A stretch of 32,000 nucleotides of DNA from Nodosilinea sp. P-1105 (lineage in GTDB: Bacteria; Cyanobacteriota; Cyanobacteriia; Phormidesmidales; Phormidesmidaceae), in the NCBI RefSeq assembly GCF_012911975.1, contig NZ_SMDQ01000033.1, positions 13,533-45,532 of the forward strand, read 5' to 3'. Below, in pieces: positions 8,783 through 16,036 of this stretch (position 1 is the stretch's first letter; each line of letters starts with the position of its first letter). A model generated the notes under the pieces. That model did not search any database. It had not been told where the DNA came from and saw nothing but the letters and a program-made list of their open reading frames with translations. Both the position numbers and the translations under genes were made by a program.

Positions 8783-10888
8783 ATGACTTCCCCTATTCGC
8801 TTCCTGATGTGCTCGCCCCACCACTACGATGTGGACTATGTGATTAATCCCTGGATGGAGGGTAACGTGCATCGCTCCTCCAAACAGCGGGCCCAAGAGC
8901 AGTGGCAAAACCTGTATCAAATTATCGCTAGTCGAGCTGCGGTAGATTTGGTCAAACCTCAGCCGGGTTGGCCCGATATGGTATTTACCGCCAACGCCGG
9001 GCTAATTTTGGGGGACCAGGTGGTGCTGAGCCGCTTTCTGCACCCAGAACGTCAGGGGGAAGAACCCTTTTTTAAGCAGTGGTTTGAGGCCCAGGGCAAT
9101 ACGGTGTATACCCTGCCCGCCGATCTGCCCTTTGAAGGGGCCGGGGATGCCCTACTTGATCGGGAAGGACGCTGGCTATGGGCGGGCTATGGCTTCCGTA
9201 CCGAGCTCGATTCCCACGCCCTGGTGGCCCAGTGGCTGAATGTCGAGGTGCTATCCCTGCACCTGATGGATGAACGGTTCTACCACCTGGATACCTGTTT
9301 TTGCCCCCTGACGGGGGGCTATTTGCTGTACTATCCCCCTGCCTTTGACGCTTACTCGAATCGGCTGATTGAACTGCGGGTGCCTGCAGAAAAGCGCATT
9401 CCTATCGATGAACCCGATGCCATTAACTTTGCCTGTAACGCCGTTAACATTGACCGCACGGTGATTATGAACCAGGCCAGTGACGACCTAAAGGGGCGAC
9501 TGGCTGCGGTGGGCTTTGAGGTGGTAGAAACGCCCCTGACCGAGTTCCTGAAGGCCGGGGGAGCCGCTAAGTGTCTCACCCTGCGGGTGACTGAGCCCGT
9601 GCATCCCGAGCCTACGGGGGAAAGTGGGATTTTGGCCCGCACCGTCACCATGACTGGCCATTTGCTGGATGCAGGGTTGGTGAATCGGGCGTTGGATTTA
9701 ATTGTGGAAGGGGGAGGCAGCTTCCAGGTACTGAAGTTTGACCTGGGGGAACAGCGTCAAAGCACCTCTACCGCTGAAATTCGGGTGTCGGCCCCGGGCC
9801 AGGAGGTGATGGACGAGATCATGGCCCAGCTGATCGATCTGGGGGCGGTGGTGCTGCCAGAAGAGCAGCAGGATGCCCGGCTGGTGACCATCACCCAGGC
9901 AGGGGTGGCTCCCGATGATTTCTATAGCTCCACCATTTACCCCACTGAGGTGCGGGTGCAGGGGCAATGGATTCGGGTGCAAGCCCAGCGGATGGACGGT
10001 GTGATTGTGGTGGACCAGGGGCCTCAAGGGCCGAGGGCTATCTGTAAGCTGTTGCGCGATCTGCAGGTGGGCGACCAGGTGATTGTCGGTTACGACGGTA
10101 TTCGCAGCGTTCGCAGTACCACCAGTCGCGATCGCAGCCAGCAGGAAGAATTTAGCTTTATGGGGTCCGGGGTCTCCAGCGAACGCCGGGTGGAGCTGAT
10201 TGTGGAGCAGGTGGCCTGGGAATTGCGCCGACTGCGCGATCGCGGCGGCAAAGTGGCGGTGGTGGCTGGCCCGGTGGTGATCCATACCGGCGGGGGCGAG
10301 CACCTGTCACGGCTGATTCGCCAGGGCTATGTGCAAGCGCTGCTGGGGGGAAATGCGATCGCGGTGCATGACATCGAGCAGGCCCTGCTGGGCACCTCCC
10401 TGGGGGTAGATATGAAGCAAGGCACCTCCGTGCGCGGCGGCCACCGCCACCACCTGCGGGCGATCAACACCATCCGCCGCTGTGGCAGCATTGCCAATGC
10501 CGTTGAGCAAGGCGTACTCACCCGAGGGGTACTGTACGAATGTGTGAAAAACAACGTGCCCTTCTCCCTGGCCGGGTCAATTCGTGACGATGGCCCCCTA
10601 CCCGACACCAAGATGGACCTAATCCAAGCCCAGGCGGACTATGCCCGCTTGATCGAAGGCTGCGACATGATTCTAATGCTGTCTACCATGCTGCACGCCA
10701 TCGGGGTGGGCAATATGACCCCCTCGGGGGTGAAGATGGTCTGTGTCGATATCAATCCGGCGGTGGTCACCAAGCTGGCGGACCGGGGATCTCTGGAGTC
10801 TACAGGGGTGGTCACCGATGTCGGCCTGTTTCTCAGCCTGCTGGTGAAGCAGCTGGATAAACTGACCCAGAAACATGTGATGGCGTAG
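8783..10888 (+). CDS. argZ: Arginine dihydrolase ArgZ/AgrE (N-terminal guanidino-group-modifying/amidinotransferase domain fused to C-terminal LOR/SDH-like domain)
   Basis: 701 aa, matching the ~700-aa Sll1336/Alr4995 architecture. N-terminus 'IRFLMCSPHHYDVDYVINPWMEGN' and 'FYHLDTCFCPL' are typical of the amidinotransferase/DDAH fold. The long C-terminal domain ('VVAGPVVIHTGG...LLGGNAIAVHDIE') is LOR/SDH-like. Confidence 0.85.
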   Translation: MTSPIRFLMCSPHHYDVDYVINPWMEGNVHRSSKQRAQEQWQNLYQIIASRAAVDLVKPQPGWPDMVFTANAGLILGDQVVLSRFLHPERQGEEPFFKQWFEAQGNTVYTLPADLPFEGAGDALLDREGRWLWAGYGFRTELDSHALVAQWLNVEVLSLHLMDERFYHLDTCFCPLTGGYLLYYPPAFDAYSNRLIELRVPAEKRIPIDEPDAINFACNAVNIDRTVIMNQASDDLKGRLAAVGFEVVETPLTEFLKAGGAAKCLTLRVTEPVHPEPTGESGILARTVTMTGHLLDAGLVNRALDLIVEGGGSFQVLKFDLGEQRQSTSTAEIRVSAPGQEVMDEIMAQLIDLGAVVLPEEQQDARLVTITQAGVAPDDFYSSTIYPTEVRVQGQWIRVQAQRMDGVIVVDQGPQGPRAICKLLRDLQVGDQVIVGYDGIRSVRSTTSRDRSQQEEFSFMGSGVSSERRVELIVEQVAWELRRLRDRGGKVAVVAGPVVIHTGGGEHLSRLIRQGYVQALLGGNAIAVHDIEQALLGTSLGVDMKQGTSVRGGHRHHLRAINTIRRCGSIANAVEQGVLTRGVLYECVKNNVPFSLAGSIRDDGPLPDTKMDLIQAQADYARLIEGCDMILMLSTMLHAIGVGNMTPSGVKMVCVDINPAVVTKLADRGSLESTGVVTDVGLFLSLLVKQLDKLTQKHVMA

Positions 10889-10898
10889 GGTGTCATGC

Positions 10899-10983
10899 CA
10901 GATGTGACGGGTCAATAGGGGCTGCGGTTCACGGTCTACGGTGCACGGTAAACGGCTCCCTGCTTACCGTGTACCGTGTACCC
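10899..10983 (+). repeat. Heptamer-periodic hairpin repeat (CGGTNNA units) 3' of argZ; probable terminator/stabiliser; same family as 24843-24933
   Basis: 'cggttca cggtcta cggtgca cggtaaa cggctcc' followed by 'ccgtgta ccgtgta'. The arms at 10937-10952 and 10965-10980 pair with 2 mismatches. Starts ~11 nt after the argZ stop. Confidence 0.6.
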
Positions 10984-11265
10984 TTCCAGCCCGGCAGCTT
11001 TAATTTGAAAGACCACATAGTCGACAAGGCTCAATTCCCAGGAGCTGTAAACCTTTGTTTCATATTCTCATTTTCTTCGGCCAGTCCAGGGAAGGATCGC
11101 TTATTTTTAGTATAAATAATATCTTTTTTGAAGAGTGATAAGCTAATTCCAAAGCGTTCTATCTTTTTGTGTTAGCTCTTGACAGGTTAATTCTTGCCCT
11201 AAGCTCGGTCTAGCTTGTTTTCTCTTCGAGACTAAAGCCACTGTTGTTGCTTGGGAGCGAAGCCA

Positions 11266-11862
11266 ATGCTGAGCTACTCACCCCTGGAAGGTACTAGGTT
11301 TCCCGAAGCCGTATTTTGTGCTTGGGAAGATCACCATTGCACTCCGATTAACACCAAAGATTTTTTCGCAGATAAAACTATTGTTGTCTTTGCCGTCCCT
11401 GGGGCCTTTGCCCCCCTTTATTCTTCTCTGCAAGTTCTGGGGTATCAAGAATACTTTGACCTGTTTAAGGCCAACGGGGTCGACGATGTCCTGTGTGTTG
11501 CGGTGAACGATCCCTTTGTGATGGAAGCCTGGATGCAGGCCGAGGGGGTTGATAGGGTGGGGATGATTCCCGATGGTAGCGGGGATTTTTCACGTCGGTT
11601 GGGGATGATTGTCGATAAGCACAACCAGGGGATGGGCCAGCGTTCAAAACGCTACTCCATGCTGGTGCGTAATGGTTGGGTGGAAAAAGTCTTTCTGGAG
11701 CCAGAGGAGACTGTCGATAGCCTCTCTGTGTCAGATGCTAAGACCATGATGAACTACCTTAATCCCCAGGCGCAACTACCTGGGAAATCAGCCGTTTTGC
11801 TACAAGTTTGGCAAGCGTTATTGGAGCCCTGCCAAGAGAAGGTTGACAGTATTAACTACTAA
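11266..11862 (+). CDS. Peroxiredoxin (Prx5/PrxII, redoxin-fold) paralog lacking the peroxidatic cysteine
   Basis: Alignable by eye to type II Prx ('VVFAVPGAFAPLYSS' vs canonical 'PGAFTPTCS'; 'VNDPFVMEAW', 'IPDGSGDFSRRLGM', 'RSKRYSMLV'). Visibly more AT-rich than its neighbours. ATG 11266 preferred over TTG 11251. Confidence 0.75.
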   Translation: MLSYSPLEGTRFPEAVFCAWEDHHCTPINTKDFFADKTIVVFAVPGAFAPLYSSLQVLGYQEYFDLFKANGVDDVLCVAVNDPFVMEAWMQAEGVDRVGMIPDGSGDFSRRLGMIVDKHNQGMGQRSKRYSMLVRNGWVEKVFLEPEETVDSLSVSDAKTMMNYLNPQAQLPGKSAVLLQVWQALLEPCQEKVDSINY

Positions 11863-11966
11863 ATCACATCCAAGGCCACATCTGGATTTTGCCTGTGGGA
11901 AAACTATAGTTTGGGCAAGCGCGCGGGGCGATCGCTGCTGTATTACGCCATTCCCCTGGTGATTGG

Positions 11967-12111
11967 GATTCCTCTCAGTCCCAGGCAGAGCCTGGGCACC
12001 AGAGCATCACGTTTCAAAGTGTGAAGATGTCCTGTCTACTCATGGGGGAACAGCAGCCCTATGCCATAACAGAAACATCTCCCATCCTCAATCTTGCTAT
12101 GGCTGATCCTG
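11967..12111 (+). repeat. Direct repeat R145, copy 1 (near-identical to 17813-18027 minus a 69-bp insert)
   Basis: The shared string 'gatt(t)cctctcagtcc...caggcagagcctgggcaccagagcatcacgtttcaaagtgtgaagatgtcctgtctactcatgggggaacagcagccctatgccataacagaaacatc[t/c]cccatcctcaatcttgctatggctgatcctg' was read in both places. Confidence 0.9.
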
Positions 12112-12119
12112 CAGGATGG

Positions 12120-12163
12120 CCAGGTGAGGGGTCAGCAGATTAATCTGCTGACCCCTCACCTGG
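12120..12163. repeat. Perfect 44-bp palindrome (22-bp arms, no loop)
   Basis: 'ccaggtgaggggtcagcagatt|aatctgctgacccctcacctgg', checked base by base. This explains why ORFs on both strands (12094..12423 + and 12097..12297 -) both encode 'QVRGQQINLLTPHL'. Confidence 0.95.
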
Positions 12164-12171
12164 AATCGGCC

Positions 12172-12423
12172 ATGAAGGACGACGAAGCCTTTGCCCAGGC
12201 AGTCCGCCAGTTGGCTAGCGAGATCAACCAGGAGATCACCATTGGCCAAATCCTGGGTGAGAATGTCCAGAATGTCTATGGGGGTTCCGCTGTCCAACTC
12301 AACGATCCAACGTTTTCACAGGAGACATCAGCACCATCAACATTACCTACGGTTGACTGGAGTCGTCCGGCCAGGATGGACCGCTCAGGGCAGCTTCTGA
12401 GGAGACGGTATAGTAGCCAGTAG
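12172..12423 (+). CDS. Hypothetical small protein (83 aa), possibly a remnant
   Basis: ATG at 12172 just after the palindrome ('MKDDEAFAQAVRQLASEINQEITIGQILGENVQNVYGG...'). The upstream part of ORF 12094..12423 is repeat/palindrome sequence. No family recognised. Confidence 0.3.
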   Translation: MKDDEAFAQAVRQLASEINQEITIGQILGENVQNVYGGSAVQLNDPTFSQETSAPSTLPTVDWSRPARMDRSGQLLRRRYSSQ

Positions 12424-12446
12424 TCCTGTTCTTCCCAGACATTCCT

Positions 12447-12512
12447 ATGGCAGCTTCCGTTAGTCTAATCCAGGCCCAGTCCTATGACCTATCGGCTTTG
12501 CAAACCTCCCTA
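12447..12512 (+). pseudogene. Severed 5' end (22 codons) of the DUF362 gene, separated from its body by a MITE-like insertion
   Basis: 'MAASVSLIQAQSYDLSALQTSL' matches the usual DUF362 N-terminus. In the present sequence this frame reads into the element and stops at TAG 12618-12620. Confidence 0.7.
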
Positions 12513-12620
12513 GTACCGCTACGCGGAATTCAAAATGCAAAGTTCAAGGTGAAAAATTGTTGCTGCGCAAGGATTTTAAGCGTCCTGAACAGTAGGTTGA
12601 TTTCTGCCTTGGTGTACTAG
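12510..12620 (+). mobile_element. MITE-like element, copy A (111 bp including flanking CTAG; ends CTAGTAC...GTACTAG)
   Basis: ~96% identical to 14203-14313. Removing 107 bp (the element plus one CTAG/TA duplication) joins 12447-12513 in frame to 12621 onward, giving '...LQTSLEQVLEPLGGM...'. Confidence 0.75.
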
Positions 12621-12625
12621 AGCAG

Positions 12626-13513
12626 GTGCTGGAGCCGCTGGGGGGGATGGCCGCTTTTGTGAAACCGGGCGATCGCGTGTTGCTCAAGCCCAACCTGCTA
12701 ACCGGGGCTCGCCCCACCAAAGAATGCACCACCCGCCCAGAGCTGATCTATGCCGTGGCTCAACAGGTGCAGCAGGTGGGGGGCAAGCCCTTTTTGGGAG
12801 ACAGCCCCGCCTTTGGCAGTGCCTATGGGGTGGCCAAAGCCAATGGCCTGCTGCCCCTGGCCCAAGCCCTGAACCTACCGATTGTGGAGTTACATGGCCA
12901 GCGCTATGCCAGTGACAGCCCCGACTTTGACCACCTGCGGTTAGCCAAAGAAGCCATGGCCGCCGATGTGATTATTAACTTGCCCAAGGTTAAGTCCCAT
13001 GTGCAGTTGACGGTCACCCTGGGGGTGAAAAACCTGTTTGGCTGTGTTCCTGGCAAAATGAAGGCCTGGTGGCACATGGAAGCGGGCAAGGATGTGCAGC
13101 GGTTTGGCACCATGCTGGTGGAAACCGCCCGCCTGCTCGACCCAGCCTTGACGATTATGGACGGCATTATTGGCCACGAAGGCAACGGCCCCAGCGGTGG
13201 CGAACCCAGGGAGCTGGGGGTGTTAGGGGCCTCTGGTCATGTCTTTGCCCTGGATCGGGCGATGGTTGATATTCTCGGTGTCGACCCCCAGGCGGTCCCC
13301 ACCGTGGCCCAGTCCATACGTCTGGGCCTCTGCCCGGCCATGGAGGCCATTCACTTTCCCCTGCTGACCCCCGACCAGTTGCGCCTGCAAGACTGGCAGT
13401 TGCCCACCGAGTTAAAGCCCATTGACTTTGGCATGCCCCGGGTGGTCCGGTCCACCTTCAAGCATTTCTACATTCGGTTCATCAAAGAACCCCTGTCTGC
13501 CTATGGGTTATAA
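12626..13513 (+). CDS. DUF362 domain-containing protein (body of the gene; GTG restart immediately after the inserted element)
   Basis: 'LEPLGGMAAFVKPGDRVLLKPNLLTGARPTKECTTRPELIYAV...GDSPAFGS' is the characteristic DUF362 sequence. 295 aa as given in the ORF track. Confidence 0.8.
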   Translation: MLEPLGGMAAFVKPGDRVLLKPNLLTGARPTKECTTRPELIYAVAQQVQQVGGKPFLGDSPAFGSAYGVAKANGLLPLAQALNLPIVELHGQRYASDSPDFDHLRLAKEAMAADVIINLPKVKSHVQLTVTLGVKNLFGCVPGKMKAWWHMEAGKDVQRFGTMLVETARLLDPALTIMDGIIGHEGNGPSGGEPRELGVLGASGHVFALDRAMVDILGVDPQAVPTVAQSIRLGLCPAMEAIHFPLLTPDQLRLQDWQLPTELKPIDFGMPRVVRSTFKHFYIRFIKEPLSAYGL

Positions 13514-13532
13514 ACCCAATACCAGTCCAGCC

Positions 13533-13560
13533 CTGGAGTTCGACCTGTGGGGAACTCCAG
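13533..13560 (+). terminator. Hairpin 3' of the DUF362 gene (9-bp perfect stem, no strong T-run)
   Basis: 'ctggagttc gacctgtggg gaactccag'. Confidence 0.3.
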
Positions 13561-14108
13561 ATTCTGAGCTGGGCTGGGTATAGGTCCATGAGCATCCAGA
13601 TGACAGGCTCAGGAGATTTCTGAGAAAGATAGTCCCGCTTGTTGTCAGCGATCGCAGCTTTCGTAGGGTGAGCTTTGCCCACCACTCGGTAGAACGTTTC
13701 CAAGAAGTCACCTAAGACGTCTGCCTGCAACAGAGAGTAACAGTTAACCGAAAGATGAACTTTGGTATCAATGGTAGAAATGCCCTGACATTAGGGTTAA
13801 ACTAATACTCAAGAGGCGAAGGAAACTTCCCTCGATTTCAAATAGTTCAGTTCCCGTTACACAGGAGGTTGTTATCTCGTTAACGTCTGAAACTATTTCA
13901 TCAAAGTCAGCGGCACTCCACTTAGCTGTTGATATTTCCTCCCCTAACGCCTAGAGAGCACTGCACAGATACCCAGAGACGGGAAAGCTAAAACGACGGT
14001 ATCAACGCATCTCTGAATAGCATTACCCCTTTGAGGAAGTCCCTCAGTTCAGCATTGGTTTGTCGTAAACGAATTATTTCACTGCAAAGGTTCGTTTGAA
14101 TTCTAATC

Positions 14109-14160
14109 AAAAATTCCCTGGAATCTGCCGTCAGAGCTCCAGGGAATTTTTGTTATTTTA
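14109..14160. terminator. Strong, potentially bidirectional Rho-independent terminator
   Basis: 'aaaaattccctgga' (14109-14122) pairs perfectly with 'tccagggaattttt' (14138-14151). An A-run precedes the stem and a T-rich tail ('tttttgttatttt') follows it. Confidence 0.7.
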
Positions 14161-14202
14161 GGACTTTTTGAAGTCACCCTGAAAGAGTTGTCCAGTTTGG
14201 GG

Positions 14203-14313
14203 CTAGTACCGCTACCCGGAATTCAAAATGCAAAGTTCAAGGTGGAAAATTGTTGCTGCGCAAGGATTTCAAGCATCCTGAACAGTAGGTTGATTTCTGC
14301 CTTGGTGTACTAG
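14203..14313 (+). mobile_element. MITE-like element, copy B (111 bp, same orientation as copy A)
   Basis: Differs from 12510-12620 at only 4 positions. Shares its terminal CTAG with the next element. Confidence 0.75.
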
Positions 14314-14543
14314 TACTCTGAGACGGAAATGGCACTGCTATTTCTGGGCGGCAAAACCCCTTTCACATAAGGGATTCCCCTTCTGCCTTCTGCCTTCTGC
14401 CTTCTGCCTTCTCCTAAGAAACAAAACCTAATCGATGCCAAAACACCCTGATTGTCGCCAAACTGGAAACAGTTTTGTTTCTTCCACTTTGTGCTCACCC
14501 CAGCGGGGTCAGTGGGAAGCTGCCTTCTGCCTTGCTGTACTAG
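14310..14543 (+). mobile_element. MITE-like element C (234 bp; CTAGTAC...GTACTAG; contains a heptamer array)
   Basis: The first ~80 bp and last ~24 bp are the reverse complement of the two ends of 17615-17771. The terminal CTAG supplies the stop codon of the histidine kinase (14540-14542, minus strand). Confidence 0.7.
14380..14414 (+). repeat. STRR-like heptanucleotide tandem repeat (CTTCTGC x4 + partial)
   Basis: Read directly: 'cttctgc cttctgc cttctgc cttctgc cttctcc'. Confidence 0.95.
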
Positions 14544-16036
14544 GCGCTGCTTGGGTGGGATACCGCTGGCAAGGTGAGGTCAAACTGGACGGCGGTGGGG
14601 GTGACCTGGGTCAAACGCAGATCGCCGCCGTGGGCACGGGCAATTTCCCTGGCCAAGCTGAGGCCCAGGCCCAGGCCGTCGGTGGTGCGGGAGGGGTCGC
14701 CTCGGTAGAAGCGGTCAAATAGGCGGGTTTGGGCGGCGGCAGTGAGGGGTTGGGCGGCGTTGGCGACGGTGACACAGACCTGGCCAGATTGTTGGCGACC
14801 CACGATCCGAATCCAGCCCTGGGGCAGGTTGTATTTGATGGCATTGCTGATCAGGTTTTGCAGCCCTTGAATCAGCAAATCGCGATCGCCCTGCACCCAC
14901 AGATCGCCCTCCACCGCCAGCGTCGTGGTCAAATCCGGGGCCAGCAGGGACAAATCCTCCTGCTGTTCCTCCAGCAGCGCCCCCATCGCCACCGGTTCTC
15001 GCCGCAGGCCCATCTGCCCCGCATCGGCCAAGGACAGCAGCAGCAGCTTGCGCACAATGCCGCCCAGCCGACTGACCTCATCCAGCAGGTGGCCCAGGGT
15101 TTGCTGGAGGGGCGATCCGGCCTCGGCCTGGTGCATGGCCTGTTCCAGTTCACCCTGGAGGATGGCGAGGGGCGTTTTCAGTTCATGGGCGGCATCGCCA
15201 CTGAAGCGGGAGGCTTGGTGAAAGCTGCGCTCTAGGCGTTCCAGCATGGCGTTGAAGGCGGCGATCAGGGGCTGAAATTCGCGATCGGCTCCGGCCTGGG
15301 GCACCCGCTGGTGTAGCCCCTGGGCGGTGACCTGGGTCACGGTGTGGCTGAGGGTTTGCAGCGGCGACAGCGCCCGCCCCGCCAGCCACCAGGAGCCCCC
15401 AGCCAGCAGGGCCAGGGCACCGGGAATGGTGAGCCAGTAGATGCGTAGCAGGGTGCCCATTTCTTGGTGGACGGCCTGGAGGCTGACCGCGATCGCCACC
15501 CGACCCAGGGGTGCAACCCGACCCACCACCCGCCAAGGGCCACCCGCCCCCGCCACGGTGACCGGCCCCAGGGTTTCCCGCTCTGGGGCCATGCCGCGCT
15601 GCCGCATGGATCGCTGGGCGTTGGGGGGCAGCCTGGGACGAGAGCCATGGCCCCCCAGGGCATCGGGCCAGTTCTCCTCTGGGGCAGCCTCTGCCGACCA
15701 GGCAAAGCCGGGATCCAGGACGGTCAGCGCTAGGTCGGGCGGCCAGTGGGGGGATTGGTAGCGCAGGGTTTGGCTGTGATCGATCATCACTAGGGCCACC
15801 GCCTCAGGATCCGCAAAGCCCATCTCCTGGGCCAGGGCTGCTTCGGGCGGTATCCAGGTTTCGCCATTGCGGGGGCGACCTGGGGGCGGCAGACGGTTGG
15901 CCAGTTGGGCATCGAGGCGTTCCAGCTTGGCCTGGTAGGTGAGCCAGCCCGAGAGTAGGGCAAACCCCACCAGCACCCCGCCCGCCAGAGCCGAGGACAG
16001 TAGCGCCAGCCGCAGCCGCAGGGAAGGAGACCTCAT
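14540..16036 (-). CDS. Sensor histidine kinase, CusS/CopS-like (two TM, periplasmic sensor, HAMP, HisKA, HATPase_c)
   Basis: H-box 'FSGDAAHELKTPLAIL', N-box 'LQNLISNAIKYN', G-boxes 'GLGLGLSLAREIARAHGG'. TM1 'LALLSSALAGGVLVGFALLSGWL', TM2 'IYWLTIPGALALLAGGSWWLAG'. 4-bp ATGA overlap with the upstream response regulator. Confidence 0.9.
   Translation of the reverse strand: MRSPSLRLRLALLSSALAGGVLVGFALLSGWLTYQAKLERLDAQLANRLPPPGRPRNGETWIPPEAALAQEMGFADPEAVALVMIDHSQTLRYQSPHWPPDLALTVLDPGFAWSAEAAPEENWPDALGGHGSRPRLPPNAQRSMRQRGMAPERETLGPVTVAGAGGPWRVVGRVAPLGRVAIAVSLQAVHQEMGTLLRIYWLTIPGALALLAGGSWWLAGRALSPLQTLSHTVTQVTAQGLHQRVPQAGADREFQPLIAAFNAMLERLERSFHQASRFSGDAAHELKTPLAILQGELEQAMHQAEAGSPLQQTLGHLLDEVSRLGGIVRKLLLLSLADAGQMGLRREPVAMGALLEEQQEDLSLLAPDLTTTLAVEGDLWVQGDRDLLIQGLQNLISNAIKYNLPQGWIRIVGRQQSGQVCVTVANAAQPLTAAAQTRLFDRFYRGDPSRTTDGLGLGLSLAREIARAHGGDLRLTQVTPTAVQFDLTLPAVSHPSSA

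Noticed and set aside
9698-10303. Long antisense or alternative-frame ORFs within well-supported genes: 9698..10303 (-), 14729..15235 (+), 16947..17549 (-), 22468..23022 (-), 5063..5497 (-), 4289..4708 (-), 26477..26884 (+), 31090..31632 (+) and others.
   Set aside because: These are typical shadow ORFs of GC-rich coding DNA. Their products are Arg/Pro/Gly/His-rich with no motifs, and each is fully contained in a gene with strong family signatures on the other strand or frame.
11179-11205. TTGACA hexamer upstream of the Prx-like gene as a sigma-70 promoter.
   Set aside because: No convincing -10 hexamer occurs at 16-18 bp spacing ('taagct' at 15 bp only), so this is too weak to annotate.
11225-11250. 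'GCCACTG' upstream of the Prx-like gene as a possible cobalamin-riboswitch core.
   Set aside because: This is only a 7-nt match. I could not find the B12 box or the surrounding conserved helices, and the distance to the start codon is too short for a riboswitch.
13482-13730. 82-aa minus-strand ORF (TTG start) overlapping the 3' end of the DUF362 gene.
   Set aside because: It has no recognisable family and a non-ATG start. Its C-terminal third is antisense to a solid gene and its hairpin. It may be a remnant, but it cannot be supported.
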